From Cystobasidiomycetes sp. EMM_F5 (Eukaryota): a stretch of 23,236 nt of DNA. Under the pieces are notes generated by a model. The model did no database searches, was not told the origin of the DNA, and saw only the letters and a list, made by a program, of their open reading frames with translations. The stretch covers positions 124,001 through 147,236 of the forward strand of contig JBPGPT010000037.1 in the NCBI GenBank assembly GCA_051047955.1, given 5' to 3'. Below are positions 13,030 to 23,236 of this stretch, in pieces. The translations under genes and the position numbers were made by a program. Position 1 is the first letter of the stretch. Every line of letters starts with the position of its first letter.

Positions 13030-14471
13030 ATCACTGTACGGGTACGCAGACTGTAAAGGTGACGTCTGCTGCATGTACCGCGCATCGTCCACCGGCCCAC
13101 TGTAGGCAGTATATTGACTCGGCGCCCCCGCACCTCCAGGCTGGTAGCTGTACCGTGAGCTTGCCGCGCCTCTCGACCCATGGCTGCCCGTTGCTGCTCC
13201 TCCACCATACGCAAAGTCTGACGTCTGCCTTGAGTGCGTGCCACCGCTCTGCGTGTGGACCTCGTCCCACGAGTCCTCAGTCACCGTCTTCCACGCAAAA
13301 TATAGCGCAACGACGCTCAGTATGTTGAAGAGGGTAGACAGGAACGACCCGTCTACCCTTGATCCCGACCCTATGCATATTCTTTGAGAGAGCGCCCAGA
13401 AGGCCCCTTGCGAGAGCGCAAATGCCAGCAGAGACAGAGCATACAGCACTGTTATAACCGTGGTGCTCAGCTGAACATTCCGCATTCCATAGCGAAATGT
13501 ACACACCTAAAGGCCGCTTTTCGCGTAAAAACCAGCCGGAGACCCATGAATTGATGACGCAAGCCACCAGTAGAAAGGCACCGCATAACACAATCAGAAT
13601 GGTAAAGATCCAATTGTTGTGCAGCGTTTCAGGAGGCGTGTTGAAGTAGCCCGAGACGGAGAAGGCGGTATCGAGGCAAATGTAGGTGAAGCCAATAAAG
13701 AGCACGACTGTCACTGCCACATAGGGTAGCAGCGAAGCCAGTGTACCATCCTCGAGCACCTGCAAGCACAAGAAGGAAGTCCATACCAGTGTCCAAAATC
13801 TGTTGAAAGGGCATCAGCAGCCCGTCGATTAATCCCAAATCGGCACACGCACAATATTAATGTAAGACCGAGCTCTATGGCCGTTACCCAGACCAGAGAT
13901 CCGGTGTTTTGTCGTATGAATGATCCTGTAGGAACGGGGCCGCTCAGTACACGATGCTGTCATTATAAACACGACCATCGAGCCCACCTGTACTGAGCAA
14001 CTGGAAGAGCGCTTGCAACGCAAAGAGTGTGAAGAATATCCTCATCTCTGTTCTCGCTACTGCAGCCTGTCTTCGCCCGCTCGCGACGGCCAGGTACACT
14101 CCAACGATAACAGCCAGCGCGCAAAAGGCAATGTTTGCAGCGTTCCCAGCGTAACCGGGGTAGCCTCCTGCTGAAGCCATCCGAGGAATAGCGCATACTG
14201 CCTTTACGCCTACACCGGCTGAAGCGAGAGCAACGTCGAATGCAGCAGGATCGGCGGAGCGGTCGGGTAACGCCAGAGCTGCTGGAAACGACGAAGGCGA
14301 GAGTTGGGAAAGTTGTTGAAATAGAAAGAGGTTGCATACAGACATCTGTGTGAGGGGCGCAGGCAGACGATTGTCAGTAATTTAGACGTAAAGTGCAAGA
14401 CACTTTCGACTGACCGAGGGGACATTGCGGCAGATTTCTCCCCAGTCGCCATAGCTAAACGAGCGGACCAT
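13021..14471 (-). CDS. Chs7-family (chitin synthase III export chaperone-like) multi-pass membrane protein, about 402 aa, 5 exons
   Basis: Exons 14471-14415, 14345-13988, 13925-13853, 13799-13507, 13448-13021 (1209 nt, in frame). Chs7-type motifs: N-terminal GDWGEICRNVPS.SVCNLF, RRQAAVARTEMRIFF, QVLEDGT, YICLDTAF, ICIGSGSRVDGSFLSTLFNILSVVALYFAWKTVTED, with about 7 hydrophobic helices. It may be a CHS7 paralogue rather than the orthologue. Confidence 0.85.
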
Positions 14472-15865
14472 GGCGGCAGTCTCCACTCTGTGGGCGGTAG
14501 AAGACCGCTGTCACAATGATGTCTTGCTTGTATGAGTGTCGGGTCTGCTTGAGCGTGTTTATCGGGGTTCTTGTCTCCCGTCGCTGATTTCGGTCGGCCT
14601 GTTGTCTGGGAACCCAGGAGGCCCGATACAATTGGAGTAAAGTCGTGCGGCCAGCTGTTCGTACGCAGCCTATACTTGCACACCAGTGTATGCTACCGTC
14701 GAGTCGCTGTTAATCGTTTCCTGTTTACTTGGTTGCAACAATGGGGGTTGGTGCGCGAATTGGATGGCAGGTTGGCTGAATTTCCGCCCAGAGTCGAGTA
14801 AACGAGATTGCTGAGCAGAGTGCAGAGTTGCCCAACACACGCTGCGTCTCCCGACTGTGCTCCACGCCTTTCCTGCTGCTCTAAACCCTCCACTTGGACT
14901 TGCAGCGAGTCCTGCCGTGTCCTTCGCAACGCGACCACGCTTCAACTGCGCAAACCAATTCCGCCAATAAAGTCTCAAGTTGCAGAGTCCTGTCCTGGGC
15001 TGCAGTGTCGCTGCGGTGTCGGTATCGTATTTGCAGATTTCAGATATTTAAACGAGTGTGGGTGGTTGCAAGCAGAAAAGTGCCCGCTGTTAAATGTAAC
15101 AACGATGGGCTCGGGCGACTGCGCACGGTTCGCTCGATACAGTAAATCCACGACAACCGCGACTGACACATACCAATGATTGCGCAGCTGATTGTGTATA
15201 CTACTGATACTCTGCCTGCGGTGTGCGGCTGACACGCTGAATCGTGAATGACAACGCCGGATAATAATCAAAGTTGCTTCGCAGCTGAAGGACCTTCTCC
15301 ACTACTCGCACACCGCTATCGCAGCGGTACCATGTTGCAGATTGCACGAATGAACGAAGGCAGGACACTCTGACCACTGATGTCCTCATCACTCGTCCTT
15401 CCATTCGCACGCGTATCAGGCACCATCATCGTAGACTCGCAAAATCAACACCGATCACGCCCTTGTCGAGGAATGCAGTGCGCAGCAAGACGCACACAGT
15501 CCCCGACGCGAGCTGTGTTGGCGCACTTGGGCGCAAGATGCCAGAGGCACGCGGACCATCCTCGTCGTGCTTTATTTTAGCAGAGACCCTGGCATGGCTG
15601 CGAAGAAAAAACACGCCTGCCGAGACGACGAGAGCACAAGGGCGCTCGTGCCCAGACAAGCGTTGTTTTCAGGAATGCTGCACTTTATTGGATTGTTATG
15701 AGGAAAGGTTGTTGACGGCTGCCAGCTGACGTTGTCGCCTCTTCCTCCTCCCTATCCATACATTGACCTATTCCACACCTCATCACACCTATACCACCTA
15801 GTATACGTGGATATAATCACACTGTCCGTGGTTATATTCGCAACAGAACGTTGAGCTCTCCTTCT

Positions 15866-15959
15866 CAACAAACCCACACTCGTTTACAACAAACCCACTG
15901 TCACTACTGTCATCAAGAAATTTCACTCCTTCCCCCTTTGGCAACCTTTCACAACAAAC
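15866..15959 (+). repeat. CAACAAACCCAC direct repeat in the CA-rich leader of the GH26 gene
   Basis: Perfect copies at 15866-15877 and 15887-15898, plus a partial CAACAAAC at 15952-15959. Confidence 0.6.
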
Positions 15960-15973
15960 AAGGATAAACAAAC

Positions 15974-17672
15974 ATGGCGCCGAAATCGTCGCAGTTGGCC
16001 TATCTGGCCCAGCTCTGCATAGGCCTGCTAGCAGCACTCGACAGCGTTGCAGCTCGTGATGCAACTCTTGGACTGAGCACCTCAAATCTCATGAAGAATG
16101 GTGTCAGCGTCGGCTTCCTTCCCGCATAGTATGTTGACACCGCCACAGGGCATGATCGATAGCATAAAGGACATGTTTACTGACACAGATACCGTAGCGG
16201 TGAGAAGCTCGGTATGAGCACAGGTGTCACTCTCAACGCCATGCTGCCGAAACCAATGGCCATCGTACGTCAACGACGAAGCTCGTGTGATTCTGTATGG
16301 GGCTGAAAGCTTCTATCGTTCCCAGATTGGTGCATACGCCGAAGTGAAGCCGATAAGCGACCCTACACTCAAACAGCTAGATGTCTACATTGCCGATATC
16401 CTCGCCCAACCCAAACCCTACCCCGTCTTCAACCTCGCCCTGATGCCAACGTCAGGCGCACCATCAGTCAACGCTACCGTAGCACAACAGATTGCAAACA
16501 GAATGAAGCAAATCAACGACATGGGTATCCCTGTGTGGCTGCGATTCGCTCACGAGATGAACGGCGACTGGTACGCGTATGGGCAGAAGCCAGCTCAATT
16601 CCTTGCGGCATGGACTCTGCTCGCCAACACTGTCTATGCTACGACAAACCAGACCTGTAAGTAGACTGATATACTGTTTGGTATGAGAATCTTTCGATTC
16701 ATTTAAAATCATATCATCCCCGTGCAGACATGTTCTGGGCCCCCAACAGCGCATGGGCTGCAGTAGACCAGATTGTAGGAGGCTGGACTCCGTACTGGCC
16801 AGACCCAAGCACAGTCGACATTGTCGGTCTCTCCTACTACCACTACGGCGGACACGACCGAAACAACCTCATGCCCGATGCTGGTGAAGCAAAACAGGTC
16901 CTCGGTGAATTTGACTCGCTTTTCGGTTCAGGCAAGGGCAAGCCTGTCGTGCTAGCGGAGACTGCTGCTTCTTACGTGAGCTGGCTTTCCTGTTTCTGTT
17001 ATGACATCCTCCCCCCAATACTGATGGATATGTCATCAGACATTTGACATCACCACAAACACACCCGCACCTGGTGGAGGTGAAGAATGGTAAGTCGAAC
17101 AAATGCTACTCTATACTATGGCACGGTGATCTTATTCAAATCTGTAGGGCAATGAAGACTGCTTGGCTCGAGCAGATCACCAACCTGCACAGCACTATGC
17201 CTTCTTATGTTGCGCTCACTTGGGTAAGCCCGTACCTCTGAATTGTGCGAGGCGTTAGAGTCTAATTAACATTACACCAACAGTTCGAAGTCATCAAGGA
17301 CGAGAATGCTGGCCAAGGTACCGACATCAAGCGTGAAGATTTCCGTATGATCTCCGGCATGCAGAACGTTACGGCCAGCACTATTGCCTACTTCCAGAAC
17401 GTAAGGCTTCCGTATACATCAACGTCATTCGTGTATGGTGTTCTGACACGTGCTTACAGGCCGCTGCGGTCAAGGTTCCGTTCGTTGCGACTCTGCCAAA
17501 TGCTACCACTTCCACCAACTCAGCCAAGGGGACGACCAATAGCACCGTTGCAAAGGCGGCCTCAGCGACGCCAACACCAAAGAACGGCGCCATACCCAAC
17601 TCCATCAGCCCGCTTGCCCAAGGCGCGGCACTTGCTCTGCTCATTGCTCTATCGGCCGCTTTCTCCAGTTGA
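15974..17672 (+). CDS. Secreted, probably GPI-anchored glycoside hydrolase family 26 (beta-mannanase/beta-glycanase-like), about 418 aa, 8 exons
   Basis: Exons 15974-16128, 16198-16264, 16326-16656, 16728-16975, 17040-17089, 17148-17223, 17284-17400, 17460-17672 (1257 nt, in frame). Signal peptide MAPKSSQLAYLAQLCIGLLAALDSVAA, acid/base motif VWLRFAHEMNGDWY, MFWAPN, YWPDPSTVDIVGLSYY and nucleophile KPVVLAETA. Ends in a Ser/Thr linker followed by KNGA..GAALALLIALSAAFSS (GPI-type signal). Confidence 0.9.
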
Positions 17673-18048
17673 AGATAGCGGGCCTGTTATCTGTATGTAT
17701 CAATCGCAAGTCGATCATTTAGCATATTTACGAGTAGATGCAAGAGCAAGCTGCCGCAGTAGAAGGCAAGATGGCTGTGTATGGACAATGGCTTCGTATT
17801 TCTAGCAGTGCCGCGCTTAGCGCCAGGTTGTCCTGCAAGCAACGTTCACGTCACATCTCGTGCTGCCTGAACTGACCGAGTCTGCTCGTAATAGATGAGC
17901 ATGTCGACTTGAGAAATATTGACTTGCAAGGGAGTGTTACAACACTCTTTTGGATAGTAAGTACATTCGTTCCTTTTCTATATTCACATCACGACTCAGC
18001 ATCCGTCGTCTTTTGCTTTTGTTGCGGGTTTGATACTATATCAACAGC

Positions 18049-19284
18049 TCAAGTCGCAAACGGATTGACGTTTTCTGAGCCGTGCTTGTCGAGGCCAGCA
18101 AAGTCGAATGAATCGAAACCTTCGTCGCGAGAAGGGAAGTGCGACTTTTTGGCCAATGGACTTTTAAGCATGGCAGACTCTGCGTCAAAGCTCGCTGACC
18201 CCTTTGCAGGGGAGCGAGGGCTGAGCGGCGAGCCTTTGGATGAGCGAGGCGATTTTGGAGATTTGATACGGTTGCCATAGTAGCTGTGCGAGAGTGAAGT
18301 GGGGGTGAAGACTTGTCGATCAGACATACCGCGCGTGCCTTCTTCGAGGGTGAGCAGCATAGGCGAGCGGAGTCGAATACCAGAGCCGAGAGGCGAAAGA
18401 GCCGATGAGAAGGAAGCGTGGGTAGGCGACCGCATCTTCAGGTGACCGAGGCTGACAGGACGTTTCTTTTCCTTTGCCGCTTCTGCATTGCGATGGGTTG
18501 GAGACAGAAGGATTAGAGCGGGGGGAGGGGAAGTTGGTGAAGCCAATCTAGCGCGCTTGCGCTGGATAGCAGACTCGGATGCGGCAGCAGCAAGCAGAGA
18601 ATCAATATCGCCGGGTTTCTTGTAGATGTGTCGTCGCAGACTGTTTGACCTGGCAGCTTTGCGGACGATTCTTTCCTTCGGGACAGTCGTGGCGTTTGCA
18701 TCAGAAGCAGCACCTTCTGGCGAAGACGCCCTGTTTTTAGCCAAAGCTGACATACGGATCTGCTCTTCGCTGAAACCTGGTCCGAACCGTTCTGGATTGT
18801 ATCGACTGGAGGGCAGTTCAAAGCCAAATAGAGTACTACCCGAGCCCTGAACAAGCCGGTGATAACGACCACGGTCATCGATGGTGAAGCGAGGTAATTT
18901 GAACGCAGCAGAGAGAAGGGGAATCGGTTCGTAAACATCGATGACGGGAGAGTGCAGACCGTGACTGATACCGAGCTTCATCGAGTATCTGCGAATAGCG
19001 ACATAAACGATACCTAGTACGATGATGGCACTGAAATGCTAGCTCAGTACTCTTCAACATAGTCGCAAGATGGCATGAGCTCACAGAGCGAATGCTGCAC
19101 GATCTCCTGCTGAAGTCCAGTCCATCTGGCGGCCGTCTGTGGGAATCGCATCGCTGTCAACAACAGCGCCACTCAAGGCTTTGACGACAGTCGCAACACC
19201 GGCAGAAGCTGCGACAGCTGACGGGCCAACGGTGGCTGCTGGATTTGTTGCAGCCGCTTTCAAGAGCGAGAGCGACTCGAGCAT
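18049..19284 (-). CDS. Hypothetical single-pass membrane protein with Ser/Pro-rich tail, about 393 aa, 2 exons
   Basis: Exons 19284-19085 and 19030-18049, joined by a 54-nt intron GTGAGC..TACTGAG..TTTCAG (1182 nt, in frame). Splicing creates the TM helix AAFALAIIVLGIVYVAI followed by RRY. The start context is GCCATG. Confidence 0.8.
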
Positions 19285-20057
19285 GGCGTATACTGCCTTT
19301 ACAAAGACTGGGTGACGAAAGACGTGGGGAAGGAGGAGTACGAGTATACGGTATTTGTTGTGACGTGCAGCAGGTCGGTATACGTCCCCCGCTGCCAGTC
19401 TGGGAGTGGTTTGTCAGGACAGATCGGGACAGAGCAAGAGCGGGGATAGCTTTGCAGCTTTTAGTAGACGTTAAGGCAGTGACTGTCTGGATTCAGTAGG
19501 TTCGTCGCTGTCAGTAAAGCTGTCGGAGGGTCTTTTCGCCAGACGGACAGCGCCTCGACGAAACGGCTGCGCCTCCCAATCTGAGCGCGATTCTCAGACC
19601 TGCAGAGGGGATGGATTGCAGACGTAGAGGGATAGGCAGTCTGGCAGTTGGCCTATGCTCGTCGTTTTGTACGCCGGCGCTGAATGCCCCGGCGAACCCG
19701 GTAAACCCGTCAAAAGAATGAGCTTGAAACCCGTCCATTTTAAGCCCGAGCACAGGATACGCTTGTAGCGCGTCAGTATAGTCTGCAGCATATTTACTCG
19801 GTTGCCGATTACTCGTCTTGATCGGTCCTCAGCTAAGCCATGAGCCATCACCGATGTCGAGCTCAGGTCTGCTTGCCGTATGCCCAGCTATGTTCGCATT
19901 CATAATTATATGAGCCAACCAGACATGAAGTCATGCACAAGCACTGTCCTCCCTTCCTAAGAACTGCCCTTCCTCGTCGCCGCTGAAAGGGACTAGTAAA
20001 TTGTCAAATAATCACGCCAGTGCTCGCGGCAAATCCTCTTATAATAAGTCTGCAAAC

Positions 20058-23000
20058 ATGGCTTCCTCTTCGAAACCGCCTTCACTTGCTGGATCTACAG
20101 CTTCTGCGTCTTCTTCCACGCTCTCCAACCGACAACGCGAGAAACAGCCTTTGCAGCCACGGACGAGCATGTTTAGCATCACATCCGTCGAAGACTCTAG
20201 TGACGAAGACGACTTGGAAGGTGGAGATGATGCTTCGAGGTTTGCTGGGAGGTCGTCTTTGGTGGTGAAAAGCAAGAAACGCGACAAGCATGTGGCTTCA
20301 TCAGCGCGCCGTAAGAGAAAGAGAGATTCGGAACCCATACGGCGTGAAGTCACACCAAGAGTGCCGATCCCTCTGCGTCCTCCTAGCCCTGAGCTGCCTT
20401 CACTTCAGAATGGTAGCTATCCAGAAAGGCCAAGCATACCGAATTCCACCGAACAGGAGGCAAACGACGATGGTACGGGTATCAACGGTGTCCGTGATGA
20501 CTCACAAGAAAGAGCGTCAAAGCGTAAACGTACTGAATACAATGACGAAAATGCAATCAGAGCAAACGGTTCGTCGAGCCATACTACGGAAAACAACGAC
20601 AGCCTTGCCCAAACATTAAGAACAGCTGCGCGAGCTGCAGATGACGACTCGGGGGACGACTTTATTGTTCAAGTGACAACGCGAAATGCTCGTGCTGGTG
20701 CAGGACGCGCTCGGGACAGTGATACAGTCTTAGACACCTCCGGACGGCTAAAAGGCGTCCGCAAGTCGCTATATCCGACTGCAGAACGGACTTATAGCGG
20801 TGAATCGCGAGATAGTCTGACTGTGGCAGATGCGATATCCATTAATAGCGATATAGAAGACAGTCAGGCGTCGCAGTCTGCTGTTGCGCTCAGCCAAGAG
20901 ACCGGTCAGCGGAGAAGACGGAGGAAGCACGTGGAACGCTCGCTCACTCCCGTCCACGACGATGGCGATGCCTATGAAGATGAGCGACCACCTCTTGCAC
21001 GAATGAACGCGAATAGGGCCCAAGGTATCAAGAACCCACCTCCAACGCCGGGCGCAAGCGGCAAGGAGAATCGTCTGAAAAGTCAAGTTGACAAGGTTTG
21101 TTTTGACCTTATCCAGACATCTGAGTGCGTGATCTGACGAATACTTACATTGTCATGTAGCTCAAACGACAGCTAAACGAGCGAAACTCTGCCTTTGACG
21201 AAATCAGCGAAGCGTACACAAACGTACAACGTCGTGCGGAGAAGGCGGAACTACAAGTTGTACGACTACGGCAGGAGCACAGTAATCATCTCGCAAGTTC
21301 GTCTGGAGATGCATTACAGCGACTCCAAGCGACTGTAGACAGACTGACTGCCGAAAATATGACACTGCGTAACGACCGCGATGGAACACGGCACGATGAG
21401 CGAGCTCAAGTACAGGAACTAAGGCAGAAGCACAATGCCGAAATTGCAGGCCGCAATGAGGAGATCCGTGAAGCTCGAAGGCAAGCTGCTCAAGCTAAAA
21501 GAGAGGCAGAACAAGATCGCATCAATTTGAAAGCGGAGCATGCCAAGGCGTGTCAGGAACTGCAAGTACACTTTCAAGTCGAGCACAAGAAGTTTGTTGC
21601 CCAGTACAAGAGTACCGAAGCACAGAATATACAAGCGGCAGTCTACGAGGCTCAACGCATCATGGACGGAGTTATCGATGAGCTGCAGACCGAAAACGCA
21701 AGGCTAAAAGCCCATGCAAGTTTGGCCAGTCAACGTAGTACGACTCCAGGAATGGGTGTAGTGTATCGCGGTACTGCAGCTTCATACCCTTCTGCCGGTT
21801 CCTCACCTCCTGCAGCGATGTCCTCGCCACACGACGCGTCCGAAGTCTTCAGCTTGCGGCGCAAACTAAGCCAGATGGAGTCGCTGCAAACTGCACGAGA
21901 GCATCAGCGAAAAACGGTGGTCGAAGGGCTTCGCAGACAGCTAGCCGAGCGAGACCAGCGCGTCGAGGACAAGTACACTGCGCTCGAGACTGCTCGTAGC
22001 AAGATGGAGATTGAGTGCGGAAACTGGAGAATGAAGTACCGGACAGCAGCGGAGCAGTTGGCAGCCGTCAAGAAGAATTATCAGAGACTTGAGGCGCATC
22101 AGCCCGAGTACGAGCGATTTCGCCTCGAACACCCTACGGTCGTGCAAGAATTGCAGACTACAAAGGAAGAATTGGATGCCATCTCGAAGGAAAACGCGTC
22201 TTATAGAGCGGAAAGGTCGCTATACGTCTCACAGCTTGGAAGTGTTCGAGGTGACGTGCAAGCTGCACGGGCAGAAGTAGCCAAATTACAAGCTGGAAAG
22301 CTGCAGATGGCGGCCGAAAGCGACAGAGCAAGAAATATCCTCACTTCCGTTGCCCAGGAACGCAAACATCACCATGCAGAACGGACGCAGCTTAGAGACA
22401 AGATTCGAAAATTGACCAAGAGGCTCAAAATGACAAAGTCACAAGCTGGATACGGAGAAAATGGAGCTAATGGAATCGATGGAGTCCATGACGTCAATGG
22501 TAGCGACCATGGCGAAGATCTTTCTGATGAAGGGAGCATGACGGACGACTCTTTGCCGACTGGCTCTGCAAATTATCACGATCGCGGTATGGGCGCCGAC
22601 TAATCTATTGCTACTGCCATGCTGACTGCGGTTATTAGAATTAGAATTTCACGACGGACCACATCGGCGCGGTTCCATACGATCAGGCGACTATTCCATG
22701 GACGATTTACCCATCGATGCTAACGATATCAATAACTTTGATCTGTTCGATCAGGACATCAATCTGCAAGATCCAGTCGTACCGGCGCCTCCCATCGACC
22801 CGCTTGTTGCTGCACTACGCCAACGCGTAGAGGAGGCACACAGCGCAACATTACAGACAATGACTTCTGCGTGGCAGCAGAAGCGGCGGGTGCGTTGGCC
22901 GAACAGTAGACGAGAACGACGACCCTCTACGCGCGTTCCGAAGCAGAAGGGGCGTATCTACGTTCGCAGTGAATGTCATACGCCCTATGTACCAGACGAG

Positions 23001-23236
23001 AACGTGTCTGACTCGGATGACGAGTTTTTGGAATGGGAGAGTGAGGCGTATGCGAGATCACAGGCTGGCAATCCAGACCGGGCGCAGGCCGTCGTCAATA
23101 CGTGCTGGAACCGACACATTCTCGACTGCCGTGGTACTCGAATCCGTAGCCGGAACCTCGAGTTTTGTACGACGTTTGCAGAGGACTATGCGGGAATCAT
23201 AGCGAGCTCGGATGCGCAGACTGCGTTTCTCAAGCA
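20058..23236 (+). CDS. Large hypothetical nuclear protein with disordered N-terminus and long coiled coil (3' partial)
   Basis: ATG at 20058 (AAACATGG context). Exons 20058-21095, 21161-22586 and 22639 (or 22645) to the window end, with the frame still open at 23236. Introns GTTTGT..CTGAC..TAG and GTATGG..CTGAC..TAG. Basic NLS-like clusters RRKRKR, KRKR and RRRRRK. An E/Q/R/K/A-rich helical region spans about 21161-22440. Confidence 0.8.

Noticed and set aside
14571..15729. Several 60-120 aa ORFs in the long spacer, and CTAAACCCT at 14881 as a telomerase-template-like motif
   Set aside because: The ORFs lack coherent composition or a splice-consistent model. The motif is not a 1.5x TTAGGG template (CTAACCCTAA) and no supporting structure was seen.

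Overview
Eukaryotic (fungal) genomic DNA from a very compact, intron-rich genome. Short GT-AG introns of about 49-71 nt with CTRAY branch points and the protein sequences point to a basidiomycete (inference). The ORF track is fragmented by introns, so I rebuilt the spliced models by hand, and all complete ones close in frame. Seven protein-coding genes: ATG2 (+, 4-6149), MCM5 (-, 9490-6527), a kinase-less tandem-GAF sensor protein (-, 12404-9789), a Chs7-family 7-TM chitin-synthase export chaperone (-, 14471-13021), a secreted GPI-anchored GH26 glycoside hydrolase (+, 15974-17672), an orphan single-pass membrane protein ending in NPF (-, 19284-18049) and a large nuclear coiled-coil protein (+, 20058 to beyond the window end). 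No mobile element, CRISPR, tRNA or rRNA gene is seen. The least explained signal is a structured, possibly intron-hosted snoRNA-like element just downstream of the MCM5 stop (about 6273-6459, minus strand). Also notable are twin MCB boxes in the MCM5 promoter and a possible intron-retention switch that would remove the GH26 GPI anchor.
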